Shown here: one piece after another, positions 41,563 to 53,854 of the stretch
Position numbering within the stretch: the first letter of the stretch is position 1
Layout: every line of letters starts with the position of its first letter
Source of the DNA: a virus
Taxonomy: Duplodnaviria; Heunggongvirae; Uroviricota; Caudoviricetes
Direction: 5' to 3' (one strand)
Virus record (IMG/VR): IMGVR_UViG_3300037067_009442
Span: 29,721-93,720 of that record
DNA length: 64,000 bases
The notes under the pieces: generated by a model
The model's input: the letters and a program-made list of their open reading frames with translations, nothing else
Databases searched by the model: none
What the model was told of the DNA's origin: nothing
Translations under genes and position numbers: made by a program

Positions 41563-43622
41563 GACTCCCTGACTACCTTCTTAATGTCTTGGAGAGCTTC
41601 CCTAGCCTTCTTACTTGACCTTGAGCTACTGATAGCCGCCGCTAGGCTGATGAGTCCAGCTATGATGTTACAGGTACCTGTGATCAACTGAACCCATTCA
41701 CGTTCAGTCATCGACCTCTCCCTGGAGTTGCAAAGTGAGGACACTCTCGAGGCTCCTCCACCTTGGGCACTACCTTGACTACTGGAGTCTCAGTGCAACC
41801 CTCAGGTCGAACATCCTCCCCTTGTGCTAGGTATGGTGTGGCCTTGCAGGTGATGGCACCGCAACTGCAGTCCATGTGATGAAGCTGACCCGTGAGCCCC
41901 TCTCGCTTGACCTGTGAGCTGAGTACAGCTTCCTCAAATCGAATCTGCCGCATACGCCGCTGAGGTAGGAACACCTTTCCACCTCCCTGGATATGCTTCT
42001 CTCTTCGTAGGTTACTGGTTCTAGAGCGGAACATCAACCACCTCGCCTTCACGTGCAGATCTTCAGAACCTCGCCGGTCCACTCGCCTTCACTTAGGTGG
42101 GCAAGCTCCGGAGTCTTGTCAGGTCGTCGATCTGCAAACACTTGACTAAGGAACTGTTGCAGATTCAGGTCCTTTATCTCAGGTGGAGGGTTCAGGTTAC
42201 TGGGGTTCATCTCAGAGAAGGTCTTTTCTGGGGTTTTTTTCCAGTGGGCGACCAATCTCATCACGATGGAGATCTTCTTTTCAAAGGAGGGTTCAGGTTT
42301 GGGCATGGCTACTCTACATCATCATCAATCCGATGATGAACGCCCCGACAGAGGTTGTTCTCCCGTTCGTAGGCAGTACGCGGCCTCTTCGGAGGTGAGG
42401 CCATCGCATTGGCGAGGCATTGTCGGCAAACCTCAAGCACCTTCCCTTCCTTCTCGAGAGGCAGGATCTTCTGGAACCCATGGGTTCTGCACCACCACCG
42501 CTCCTTGAAGTCAGCAAGGATCCGATCTGCTTCTTCCTTGACTGCCTCCGCAGCGACGTAAGCCAAGATCCCCGCAATCGAGGCCTTCTCCCGGAGCGAC
42601 CAATGGAAGGCCTCCCCGCACTTAGGGCAGTTGTCATCCTTGACCGGTACCAAGGTCCCACAGGACTTGCAAGTAGGCGAGGGAAGAAGGAAGATGGCCT
42701 CATAGGGGGCAGTTGTCATACCTACTCTATACTCCAGATCGGTGAATCCCCGATAGGGAATCCGTCCGGAGTCCGTGAGCAAGTATGAACCTTGCTCGCA
42801 TGCACAAGGAATAAAGAGGCTATCCTCAGGACCTTGTTGGCATAATCCTGCATGGCGGCCTTCATTGCCTTTTGAGGAGTATCTTCCAACCCATGCCCAA
42901 GGAAGCGGTCCCCTTCAGGGAAGTCTGCCCAATTGGGAGCTCGAACAGTGACTTCGTACACCCCTAGGCTGGGGAGTTCGACAATGAAGTGCATCGAACC
43001 CTTAGGAGGGTCCTCTGCCCGGTACTCGTCTTGCTCAGGATCCAATCGGTAAGTGACCCCTTGAAACTTGAACCCAGCCACGTCTTGACTGTAATCCTGC
43101 TTCTCAGGGGGCTCCCGTGTAGCTGAGTACTTCACCCACACATGGAACGCTGCATTCTCTGGCTTCCCGTCACGACTTGACTCAAACTCATCTGTGAAGG
43201 CCTTGCCCTCATGGGTAGTCAAGATAGCCCTGAACCTTGCTCCTCGGTCCTGAACCTCCAAGGTAAAGTCAGGGAGAGGTCTGTCGGGCCTCCAAGTACC
43301 GTTACGTCGAATGAAGGTCCGATTGAGGAACTTGAACCGACCAAGGGTGGTCAAGGCTTAACCTCGAGAGCCTGGAGTTTGACCCTGGTCTCGAGGAAAG
43401 CCCTCATATATGCCTCACTGGCCAAGTTATCACTGCAAGCGCACCAGAGGCCCTCTGCATCCTCCCGGATGTAGGACAGCTTATGCTCAGGTACCTTACC
43501 CATAGATTCGATTGGAACTAGGAGCTCCTCAACGATGCAATCATCGTCCGCGAGCTGAAGGATTCTGACTCTCGTTGTTCCGATCGAACTGTCCCAGATT
43601 GTGCGTCCTTCTTTTGGCATGA

Positions 43623-43859
43623 CTAGGGTACCTCTTCCTCGTCGTCCTCATCGTCGATGGGGTCGACTTCATCATCATCGTCAAAGGGGTCGACCTCGCC
43701 GTCCTCAGGCTCAAAGTCATCCTCGTCGTTAGCATCGGTATCGACTACCCAACCAGCAGCCTCCAAGGCCTTGACTCGCTGATCCATCTTCTCTTCGAAG
43801 TCATCCTCATCCGTGACGGTGAGGATTCTTCGAACCGTAAGTGTCAAACCCCTTCTCAT
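43623..43859 (-). CDS. Small highly acidic protein
   Basis: C-terminal half mostly D/E. Confidence 0.7.
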   Translation of the reverse strand: MRRGLTLTVRRILTVTDEDDFEEKMDQRVKALEAAGWVVDTDANDEDDFEPEDGEVDPFDDDDEVDPIDDEDDEEEVP

Positions 43860-44910
43860 TGACTTTCTTCTCCTGTGACGACTGCTACCAATGCTCTTGA
43901 GGCCTCGAGTAAGGTACCTCGGGGCTTGTCACCAACCCGAACCATCGGGTTGGCCCCATTCTTCATAGTACGGTTATCGAAGGGGGTCCACAATACGTTC
44001 TCGCCGTACTGCCCCTCAACCAACCAGCCAACCTTCTCGTCGTCATGCAAGAGATTGACTACCCCAGCACCGAAGAAGTTGGTTATCTGCCAAGAGAGCC
44101 CACTTCCCTCCGGTAGTTCACAGGGTACCTCCTTGGGGAGATCCGGCTCGGACTCCTTCACTGGATCGGGAGGGCCCCGCCAAACCGCTAGCTTGACCAC
44201 CTCTTCATGGGTAGTGCCCTCAGCTTCAAGGGTAGTCTGGTACATTTCCTGGAGAGCATACGTTGCAAAGCTAGAGGTAAGGCCTCCTTGAATGGCCCGA
44301 TCAAGGACCTCAAGGACCTCAAGTGCCGTCACTGGGTCAGACCACTTCTCAATCAGTGGCTTCAAGCAGGCATCCATTTGATCGTCAGGTGCCTGTAGGA
44401 ACAACTCTTTTAGTAAGCTCATTCTCGATGATCTCCGAGTAGGACGAGCTCCTCAAAGCCATCGTTGTTCTTAATTCGCCACTGCTCCTTGATCTCTTTC
44501 ACAGTGAGATCAGCACAACGACCGTTCGCCTTCTCACCGAGAGTTTCAACCACCTGGACAAGGTAGGGATCATCTCGGTCAAGCTCCGAGGTCCAGTAGT
44601 GAACCGCATCTCCCTCTTCATGTTGGTCCTTCGGTAGAGGTTCTTCCTTGAGGGCGTGGTAAGCTTCGAAGGCCTCCTGAGAGAGCCCAAAGCCTCCGTA
44701 ACACTCGTTGATGACTACCTTGTTCCGAACCTTGGACCGAGGGACCCCGAGCTCTCGCTGAATGACCGACCAGTTCTCCATGAGGTGAGCCACGAAGTTC
44801 CCGATGTAACCACCCGCAAACTCTGCGTTGGGTTGCAATGGGGTGCCCATACAGGCCTTCGTGATCGCATCCCGAAGGTAGTCTTTCTCACTGGAATGTA
44901 GCTTGGTCAT

Positions 44911-44944
44911 GATCTATCCTACGTACGAGAACCCAACTTCTCAA
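44911..44944 (-). promoter_or_regulatory. Class-1 promoter, gene 44419-44910
   Basis: Exact motif. Confidence 0.8.
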
Positions 44945-44951
44945 CCAGAAA

Positions 44952-45879
44952 TCACTTGGACTCGCGAGAAACGATGTACCGGTGAATGTCGGCCCCGTGG
45001 CAACCTGAGTACTTGCTCAGAAACTCCTGAGCCCTCTCCAAACTAATGGGGTTCTGGGTAAGATGCTCCTCATAGAGGCTAGCAAGGACTTCCTCAGTGG
45101 CCCAGATGTAGTCACGGCAGTCATCAAATAGGTAACTGCTCTCCCAGTAGGCCACCCGGCCTTCACCCAGATCGATCTTGGTGATACTGACGTTGGCGCC
45201 GAACGAATTCTTGAATTGACCCACAGGGGTTTGAGTTCCTGTAGGGATGGATAGAGAGTCGCTACGAGTCAAGCCCTCAAGAGGGGCTCGTGCAGACTTC
45301 TCAGCGGACTCCTTGGCGGCCTTCTCAGCGGACTCCTTGGACTCTTTGGACTCTGGCTGCAGTATCCTTGGCAATCAGGGCGGCCGCTTCGGCTTCTGTC
45401 GCATCTCGATACCAGCAAGTTGTGAAGTAGCCCTCATCCATAGGTAAGCTAAAGGAGAGACCGTCTTCCTTGCAGTAACCTGTCTTCCAACCTACAACCA
45501 CGACGGCGGTTCGAGTCCCACGAACCCGAAGCCAGACTACATGCCCGACCTCATCACCTTGATCACCCTCACGTGAGGACGAGTAAGTACCCTCTTGGGC
45601 ACCTTCCTGCTTACCAGACCGTCTGCTGCTTCGACGGGTAGAGGTGCTCCTGGAAGAGGTACTACGAGCCTTAGGGGCGGGTGCCGGGGCTGACTGCTCA
45701 GTGGCAATGGTGGTGTAGCAGAAGCCGTCAGCACCCTTCCAGACGATGGTCCCGACAACCTCACGCTTAGTTTCCCCAGACCTCTTGGTGACTGTAACTG
45801 TCGTACCAGACACCAGATTGACCCCAGAAAGGCCCCAGGTCCCGTCCCTTAGTTGCTTGTATCCGATTGTGCTTGCCAT
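44952..45879 (-). pseudogene. Probable single gene split by a frameshift near 45355
   Basis: ...AKDTAA continues as (K)ESKESKESAEK in another frame. Confidence 0.55.
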
Positions 45880-45913
45880 GATCTATCCTACGTATGAGGG
45901 CTCCGATTCTCAA
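45880..45913 (-). promoter_or_regulatory. Class-1 promoter, ATG 45879
   Basis: Exact motif; identical to the copy at 46306. Confidence 0.8.
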
Positions 45914-45915
45914 CT

Positions 45916-46119
45916 AAATACTTGGTGGCCAGTACCTGTGTCAATGGGGCGAACCCCTCCGTCAATACCAACCTACGCAGCCAAGCCTACGAGACCTCCG
46001 GTCCCAGGTGCTTTTTCCCGAGAGGCCAACCTCGGTTACTTTCATCGGGGTGCAACCCGACTAGCCCACGGCCACTGGGCGGGGTGCCATCAACTTGATA
46101 GGTAATCTCTGTTGATGAC
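45916..46119. ncRNA. Candidate multi-hairpin structured RNA
   Basis: GGGG-cgaa-CCCC, CCGAG..CTCGG, TCGGG..CCCGA, GCCCA..TGGGC, CATCAAC..GTTGATG within an intergenic gap. Confidence 0.4.
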
Positions 46120-46305
46120 TTACTCTGAACCTAGGGGGCGAACATCCTCAAAGTCCTTCAGTAGGATTTGAGCCGCAGCAACATCCAAGAAGTCGAACCC
46201 AGATACATCCTGGTCAAAACTCAAGAGGACGGCTATCCTCTCAATTCTCTCTCTGAACTCAAGGTCATGGGTCGTCTTTACGTGCCCCTTGGCTTCAGTG
46301 TTCAT

Positions 46306-46339
46306 GATCTATCCTACGTATGAGGGCTCCGATTCTCAA
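46306..46339 (-). promoter_or_regulatory. Class-1 promoter, gene 46120-46305
   Basis: Exact motif. Confidence 0.8.
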
Positions 46340-46793
46340 CCAAAAAGAGCAGAACCATGGTAGAAAAGGTGGAACTCGCGAATAAAAGGTAATTCCATGT
46401 CAGAGGAACTAAGGATTGCGCTTCAACAACTCATCTCCAGAGCTGATGTCCTCTTAGAGGAGCTAGGTCACCAAGGGGTTGGGGGGCAAGAAGGCCGAGA
46501 CTACGACTCTGCTCGAGCTCGAGTGCTCGAACTAGCTCCAGAGGTTGAGCCGGGGGCTTAATTCATGCCAAAGATCCACCCAAGAGAGAAGATAGTTCGG
46601 TCAGCTGAGAAGCTGCTACGGGACGCCCTGAGTGAAGTCGGAAAGCTCGAACTGACAGAGTTGGAGTATGTCCAGCTCTGTCAGGATGTACTCGGAGGTG
46701 AGATCCTGACCATATGCAGGTACGGGATCCGAGAAGAGCGGCACGGGAATAGGGACACTCCCGGTGGCTTCGAGAGTTAGTTCTCTCCTTTGG

Positions 46794-46827
46794 TTGAGAT
46801 TTACCTTCCTCATACGTAGGATAGATC
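46794..46827 (+). promoter_or_regulatory. Class-1 promoter, gene 46828
   Basis: Exact motif. Confidence 0.8.
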
Positions 46828-47164
46828 ATGAGCAAGCCGAAGAAGACCAAAGAGCAGGTGATCCAAGAGGCCCTAGAGTTGGCAACCCAGATCCAAGAGG
46901 CCGTCGCGGCACTGGAGACTGATATCGGCCCTGAGGCGATGTTGGATCATGTAGGTGCTCTTGTGGACCAAGGACGTACTAATGCTCTTCGAAGTGTCAT
47001 TCGGGACCGAGCCCTTGAACTCTTTGAGCAGAGGCACGAGCGAGTAAATTCCAGCAAGCCTATCGGCTGACGAGCTTAGAGCCCTTCTCCCTAAAGAAGT
47101 GCTCGCTAACCTACCAGATGTAGTAACCCTGGCATCAAGTGGAGAGGGTAATCTCGATTTCTGG

Positions 47165-47198
47165 TTGAGATCTACTACCCCCATACGTAGGATAGATC
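47165..47198 (+). promoter_or_regulatory. Class-1 promoter, gene 47199
   Basis: Exact motif. Confidence 0.8.
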
Positions 47199-47533
47199 AT
47201 GACCACCAAGAAAACCTCCCAAGACATGTCTCCCGGTACCACAGTCGCTTACACGGGGAAGTTCCTCCGTGATTCCGGACAGATGACGGGCTCGGCTGGC
47301 CTGGACAAGTTCATCGTCCAAGAGTGCCATTGTAAGCACTGTTTTGCGAAGACCCGAGTGGCTGTCAACAAGCCCTCAGTTTGGACCGACCCTGAAGAGC
47401 CTGGGTATGACGCCCAGTACGCTCGGGAACTCAAGGCTGAAGTAGGAAACACTTGGATGCACATAGCGACAAGTGCCCTCTATGTAGTAGGGCAACTTGA
47501 CTCAAGAAATTCAACATAATCTCTCACCTTCGG

Positions 47534-47567
47534 TTGAGATCTGGGGCCCTCCTACGTAGGATAGATC
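47534..47567 (+). promoter_or_regulatory. Class-1 promoter, gene 47568
   Basis: Exact motif. Confidence 0.8.
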
Positions 47568-48162
47568 ATGGCACACACACAACCCCGAACAGAAGCTCAG
47601 GAAATCAGGCAAGCAACCCGTGAGAACGGAAGGTATTCCACCCTGCACGCTTGCGAGCTATGTGGCAAAGGCGTGGGGGCTACGTTCTACTCCGATGACC
47701 GTTGCAATGAAATGGGGGTTGGCGTCACCCTTCACCTGGGTTGTGCAAGGAAGCTTGCCAAGATGAGTGTCGAACAAGTGAAGGAGACCTTGAAGGCCAA
47801 ATGATCAAGAACCCCTACCGAGTTTCATGTGCGGTCTACACTTCCCCTCAGGCTACCCGTCCAAGGCAGTTTCGAGGCCAATGGAAGTCAACCCTCAAAG
47901 AGGCTGTTGAAGCCTTCCTCAAGCGGTTCCTTGAGGTCTATGGCCCACCCTGGGAGGTTGAGGGGATCTGTCTCATCGAGCGAACTGAAGACACCTCAGC
48001 ACCCTGGCAGGGCCCTGAGGGTTACTACTACTGTCGAACCCCCGAGGGATTTCGAGAGACCCTGAAGAAGAACGGGATCACCTGCAAGGGCTTTATTGAC
48101 TGGGGTATGAACACTCCTATCAAACCAGCACCTCCGAGTAAGTAGGAATCAAGCAAAGGTGG

Positions 48163-48196
48163 TTGAGATCTGAGCCCCTCGTACGTAGGATAGATC
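48163..48196 (+). promoter_or_regulatory. Class-1 promoter, gene 48197
   Basis: Exact motif. Confidence 0.8.
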
Positions 48197-49012
48197 ATGG
48201 ACGAGCTCAAGGCACACCAGATCGTGAAAAGCTTGAACCGGTCAGTCAAGCCAAAGCTTGAGTGGACTGATGAAGAGTTCCAGGCATACGCCACTGTGTG
48301 CTGCCAACCCGACTGGCAAACCTTCAAAGCAGCGCTGATCAAAGAAGCTGTTGAGGAGCTTGTGTGGGTAACCAACTTCGTCGACTCGATGATTCGAGAA
48401 CAACAGATTCTAGATCAGATTGAAGTGTAACCATGGCAACTCAGATTAAGACGAACAAAAGGACCTGTGAGGGTAGGGAGAGGATCATCAAGCTTTCCAG
48501 AGCTGAGACGGTGAACCTCATAAAGAACCTGATTGACCTTCTCACTGACCCGGTTGGTGGGGGGATCGTCAACACCGTGGTCAACTGTGAGGACCCTAAG
48601 GAGGGGACTTATCGATTGTACCTCTCTCCTAGCGAAAGGTAACCCATGATAGACTGGACAGACTGGACCGTGAAAGACGGACGTTGCAACACCTCAGACA
48701 AGTTCAACCAGATAGTTGAAGAGGTATCGGAGACCATTCGAAGTGGAGGGGTCACCTTACTTACTCAGGGGCCAAAGAGTGTAGCTAGCACAATTGTTGC
48801 CAAGTTAGCTCACAACTACGGGATGGCCCCTAAAAACCCAGCTCTTGAGTTGGAGTTGTTCCAGCGATCCAAGATCCTACGAGATGCACTTAAACAGATA
48901 GGTGAAGGTATGCCCGGGGCAAGTGAGGATACCCTTCGACTGGCAGCCCAAGACGCCCTCACCAAGTTAGCCGACCGTGAAGTCAAGTGGGGAGGTTAGG
49001 TCTGATTTCTGG

Positions 49013-49046
49013 TTGAGATCTACCACCCTCATACGTAGGATAGATC
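49013..49046 (+). promoter_or_regulatory. Class-1 promoter, gene 49047
   Basis: Exact motif. Confidence 0.8.
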
Positions 49047-49915
49047 ATGGCAACTCCAAGTAAACCCAAGGCAGCACGTAAACCCAAGAGCTTTGACAGT
49101 GAGATGGTACCTCTACTCCGAGGTGATGCCCCTAAGCCCAAGGGTAGCCTGCGGGAACGCACTAACGCCGCCCTGAAGCTCAAGGCTGACAAGGAAGCGG
49201 CTAAGGTAGAAGCCCAAGTCCTAGCCTTCTACGAGGTCATGAACCCAATTGCTGACACAGGCCTCTGCGAGGGTGATTACCGCAAGGGTCTCAGTGATGA
49301 GGCCATCAAGATCCTCAAGGCTGATGGGATCAAGATCAGGGACAATGGGGATGGGGTTTGCTGCCTCTACACAGCCAGCTGGTGAAATCATGAGTCAATT
49401 CAATGGCATGCTCCCTTCACAAGTGAAGGAACACCTCAGAAGATCCTTTCGAGAGCTCCTCAAGGAGGCTCCCTTCTTCAACTCCTACCTCCGATTCAAG
49501 GAAGAAGCCGTCGCAAAGCTCCTGTACAGTCTCTCGAAAGAGAGCCCGGTCATACAAGCCTTGGCCCGGAAGGTCATTGACGAACCTGAGTTCAGTAAGC
49601 CACCTAAGTAAGTGAAAATGCTCTACATTACCATCCACAACGCCAACAAGGTCACCTTCGACGGGCGGGACTGCTTCATCGTCACCCTCTGTGACATCAA
49701 GGGTATGCTCTTCCACCCAGCCTCTAGGGAGACCGGAGCCGGACACTACGATGAGGATGCAGTGTCCGAGCACCCTACGATCATCAAGGCCCTCGAACAC
49801 GGAGTAGCCTTAGCCAAGAAGCGGGGGATTGACCCCTCCTCCCTCGAGAGGCGGCTTGCCAAAGAGATAGAGCTCAACCCTCCTGTCGTGAAGGGCAAGA
49901 AACGACAGAAAAAAG

Positions 49916-49949
49916 TTGAGAATCAGAGGGCTGGTACGTAGGATAGATC
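49916..49949 (+). promoter_or_regulatory. Class-1 promoter, gene 49950
   Basis: Exact motif. Confidence 0.8.
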
Positions 49950-52218
49950 ATGGCACACATGAAAAGGTTCGCTGAGTGGACGGACGCAGAGTTTCAAGCA
50001 GCAGCCCTCAAGTGTGGTGAGTCCAATTGGCAGTCCTTCAAGGAACAATGCTTCCTCTCAGAGGAGATTGCCGACGAGATCATTCAACGTGAAGTCATTG
50101 ACGAAGCAGTCAATCAAACCAGGATTTGGTAAGGTCATGTACGCAGCAATAGGGACAGACGGTAACCGCCCAGTCGTATGGGGCCTTGGAGCAACCAGCG
50201 AAGAAGCCATTCAGGAAGCTCAGAAAGAGCTTCACAGCTCTGGCTACCCCTCAGAGGACTTCGACCACGTGGTCCAGATCACCCTCGAGCAAGCCTACCG
50301 AGTCTACCAAGGTGAAGTCTCAACCGAACTACTTGGTATCACCCTCTCCAATTAAAATCACTCCCATGCCTGAAATCATCACCTACACAGACGCTCCCGC
50401 TGAGGGTTACGACTGGTACTACACGACCGACCTCGGAGTTGTAGGAACAGACGAAAGTGGCTTACCCATCCGCAAGGTCTCTAGTCCTGGGTGCTGGTAC
50501 CCTGCTCAACGTGACCGGTATCGAAGTGGCCTCCACTTCGCAGTAGGTGAGGCCGAGTGGGAGAAGTTGTCCGCAGAGACCAACCCAGACTACCCAAGCC
50601 TGAGATTTCGTTGTGAGCTTGAAGAGATGATTCTAGATAGCCCCCTGAAACCGGGCACCAGAGTCCAATACTCAGACCGATTCATGCTCAACCTCGAGAC
50701 CCTTACAGGTGAGAAGTCTGACTCCCCGATCTTCACAGTCCTCGAGTGTCATTGCGGCTGTAATGGCTCTGGAATGGTACTCATCAACCGACCTAGTGAC
50801 TTTGAGGGAGATGAATTCTCCCATGTCAGTATTGGTAACCTCAAGGAAGCGTCCCCGTGAAAGCCTACGATCTCAAGCGCCCCGATGGTCGACCTCTCAT
50901 GGAGAGTGTCCCTCCAAGCTCAGTCAGCCACCTCAAACCACTCGAGAGGATCTCCCCCGAGGATCTCCGAGTAGGTGAGAGCTGCAAAGTCTCCTGCGAT
51001 GACCCTCACCCCGAATGGTCCGAGTACCTAGTTACGAGAGTCCAATGAAAAACCTAAAGATTGAGTTCATCAACTCCACACCTAGTAAGCAATACGCAAT
51101 CCACCTCATCGAAGATAAGCAGTATTACATTCACTTTGGAGAAGGTGAGTATGCGGATTACCTAGGTCAGTGTGATCTAGCCACCCCTCAGTCATGGCTG
51201 GATCCGGATGAAGCCGGATCCCTACTATACAGCAATAGTGACGAGAATGGGGAGGGAGGTGAACCCCTTTCTGAGGATTACCTTCTCCTTTACGCTCTAG
51301 GTGTTCGAGTAATTCAAGATCTGGGTGCTAGCCGTGACTGGAGAGGTCATTACTTCACAGATGTATCTGCGGCCCTCGAGGCTATAGAGACCCTTACTCT
51401 CTATGAGAGTTTCCCCAAGTGGGCTCAGGTTGCCATCATCCACGGGTGGACTGTTCCTGATAGAATCCATCCCTGTGGGGAGGATGAAGCTGAGGTGCGT
51501 AAACTCGAGGCTCAACATGACCTGTACAGTGAGGTCTGTAACCTGAGCGACAAGATCAACAAGCCCCAAAGGGACCGGATACTCAATAGAGCCAAGAAGA
51601 AGGCCAAGAAGAAGGCCAAGAGGGGTTAGGTAATGACCGACTTGGGAAGAGCTGATGGTAAAACCCTCTGGCGTAAGGATCTACTATAATGGGAAAGTTT
51701 GATACCTTTCTGATGTTTGTAGGCATTTACCTACCCAACTTCGATATCGCCGCCAGTGAACGTAGGAGATTCCTTGTTCGAGCTCGGGAACTCGAGAGTC
51801 GAGTACTATATAGTTGTGAGGTGCAAGGGTACACTCCCGAGAGACTAGCCTTCGAGTTCACCAACTTCAGCTGTGACTTCTGCCAAAAGCCCGAATGGCT
51901 CGATCCCCCAAAGCCTGCGGATCCCTTCCATAATCGAACGGGCATGACCCCCACCTCTGGTTAGGGGTTGGTGTTTACCCTATATGACCGACTGGCGTAA
52001 GTCCTATGTGCATATCCTGGGGGATACAGGTATCGAACTCCACCCTCAATATGGGTCCGACTACTGGTATGTAGTGGATACTAAAGGTGTAAAGGAGAAG
52101 GTGCTAACAGGGGAGCTCCCTCTAAAGGCTGCAAAGCTTGCTGCCAAAAGGGAAGCTAAGAAGCTTGGGCGTATAAAAGAAGTGGCAAACCCACCTTCTT
52201 CCGGTGTACGTTCCACGA

Positions 52219-53223
52219 ATGAGCCAAGAAGACCTGCGGGAACGTAGTGGTAGCGTCAACATCAAGAGCCGACTGGTCAGCTTCTTGTACGACCTCATGA
52301 GGGATCACCTCACCGCCGGACAGGTGGAGGAATTGGTACGCGATTCCTTAGACATCGAGGTGGCCTACACCAATGGTCACCTCGCTCAATATGCCTGGGA
52401 CCTCGCCAATCGGCTTCAACCCACCCTTATCAAGCCGGGAGGGATACTCAAGGAAGTTCTCCGGAACCGCTTCCAAATGGTCAAGGAAGGTTATTTGACC
52501 CCCCTGGAAGCAGCCGATAAGGTCTATGCTGCCATCACCGAACAGGACCCTCTCCTCAGCACCGGGAAGAGTCGCCGTAAGAACGAGACCGTGGATCCCC
52601 CCCGGTCAAATAGTTTGAAAGCGGCTTCAAAGCAAAGCATCATCGAAGCTGAAGACGAGAGTGTCATTGCCGCTCTCAAAGAGGCCTCGAACACCACCTA
52701 CGATGAAGCTCCAGTAGAGACCCTGAAGAAGCCATCGGGTACCATTGACCTCCACACCGAGTACCCTCTGAGCAGCATCAAGCTCCCAAAGGATATTGCC
52801 GACCTTAACCGGCAATACCCTGGGGCATATCTGAGGATAAAAGAGGGTGGGACCTTACCCGCCGCTACCTTTGGCATCTGGGCTGATCCAGTTGATCATA
52901 ATGACAATCCTCATTGGGTCAGGTCAACCCTCCTAACTTATGAGGCTGCTATTGCAGAGGTTGATCGTCTGAATCACGAAGTACCAACCTGGCACCACAC
53001 AGCAAGACCAAAGAAGGCCTTACAGCCCTCAGATGAGAAACCAGAGATCAAACCAGCCCCCTCCGGATCCTATGGAGTCTTCTGTGAACCTCTGGGTCAT
53101 ATGGGTGATCCCAAGTGGTCTGGTAAGAGGGTTCCTATGACCTACGAAGAGGCCACTAAAGAGGCTGACTTTATGTGCCGAGCGAACAACCAGTGGCACT
53201 ACTACGCCAAGCCTATCAGGTAA
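52219..53223 (+). CDS. Hypothetical protein with a duplicated C-terminal domain
   Basis: FGIWADP..H...W...LTYEAA...WHHTARP repeated as YGVFCEP..H...W...MTYEEA...WHYYAKP. Confidence 0.7.
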   Translation: MSQEDLRERSGSVNIKSRLVSFLYDLMRDHLTAGQVEELVRDSLDIEVAYTNGHLAQYAWDLANRLQPTLIKPGGILKEVLRNRFQMVKEGYLTPLEAADKVYAAITEQDPLLSTGKSRRKNETVDPPRSNSLKAASKQSIIEAEDESVIAALKEASNTTYDEAPVETLKKPSGTIDLHTEYPLSSIKLPKDIADLNRQYPGAYLRIKEGGTLPAATFGIWADPVDHNDNPHWVRSTLLTYEAAIAEVDRLNHEVPTWHHTARPKKALQPSDEKPEIKPAPSGSYGVFCEPLGHMGDPKWSGKRVPMTYEEATKEADFMCRANNQWHYYAKPIR

Positions 53224-53854
53224 GTTGGCCATGACTGATCTCGAAGAGTTCTGGACCGATATCCGCCCGGAGAGGCTCCCCTCAGGTCCAAATGTCGTTT
53301 CCAAAGACGTGTTCAAGCAAGCCCTGAGGGATAGCGCCAGCGCCCGAAGAGAGGGTGACACTAAGAAGATCGAACTCCTCAATGAGGTAATCGAACCCTT
53401 CCAAGCCGCTTGCCCTCACCCCTTGGAGAGAGGGCACCTGCAAGTAGCCTCTGTCTCTTCAGCAAAAGTCCAAGTAGGAGATAGGGTTCGTTGGTGCTTG
53501 GACTGCAACAAGATCCTATCCATCAACGGAGTACCCTACTCGAAAGTAGTGCCCAATGAAGATCACATTTTACAACGTCGATGATACCAGGATCCACCCG
53601 AAGAACTCCCTATCCCTTCCGAAGGAGTTACCTGCTGTCCCACAGGTAGGTAACTACCTCATCATTCATGGGGATGGCGGGTCTGAGCACTACCAAGTCA
53701 TCAATGTAACCTTCGTCCTCGAGGAGCGTGAGACCCACCAAGGGAAGGACTACAGCAGCGAAAGTATTGTCGTCGGGGTTCGAGTAATCAACCGAGGGGA
53801 CATTAAATAGACTGGTTCGCTCCGGTAGCCTTTTTGAATGGTGTACCTCAGGGG

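Larger units (their letters stand above)
46828..51629 (+). other. Cluster of about 16 small hypothetical genes, six with their own class-1 promoter
   Basis: ORFs at 46828, 47199, 47568, 47801, 48197, 48433, 48646, 49047, 49390, 49612, 49950, 50138, 50366, 50857 and 51045. Confidence 0.75.

Noticed and set aside
42309-42782. RPRTAYERENN as another PTRFER tag
   Set aside because: Divergent and not terminal; possibly related but not counted.
45746-49192. Apparent MIYPTYEG peptide motif in several ORFs (6297, 45746, 46563, 48028, 48983)
   Set aside because: It is the reverse complement of the class-1 promoter; these are shadow ORFs.
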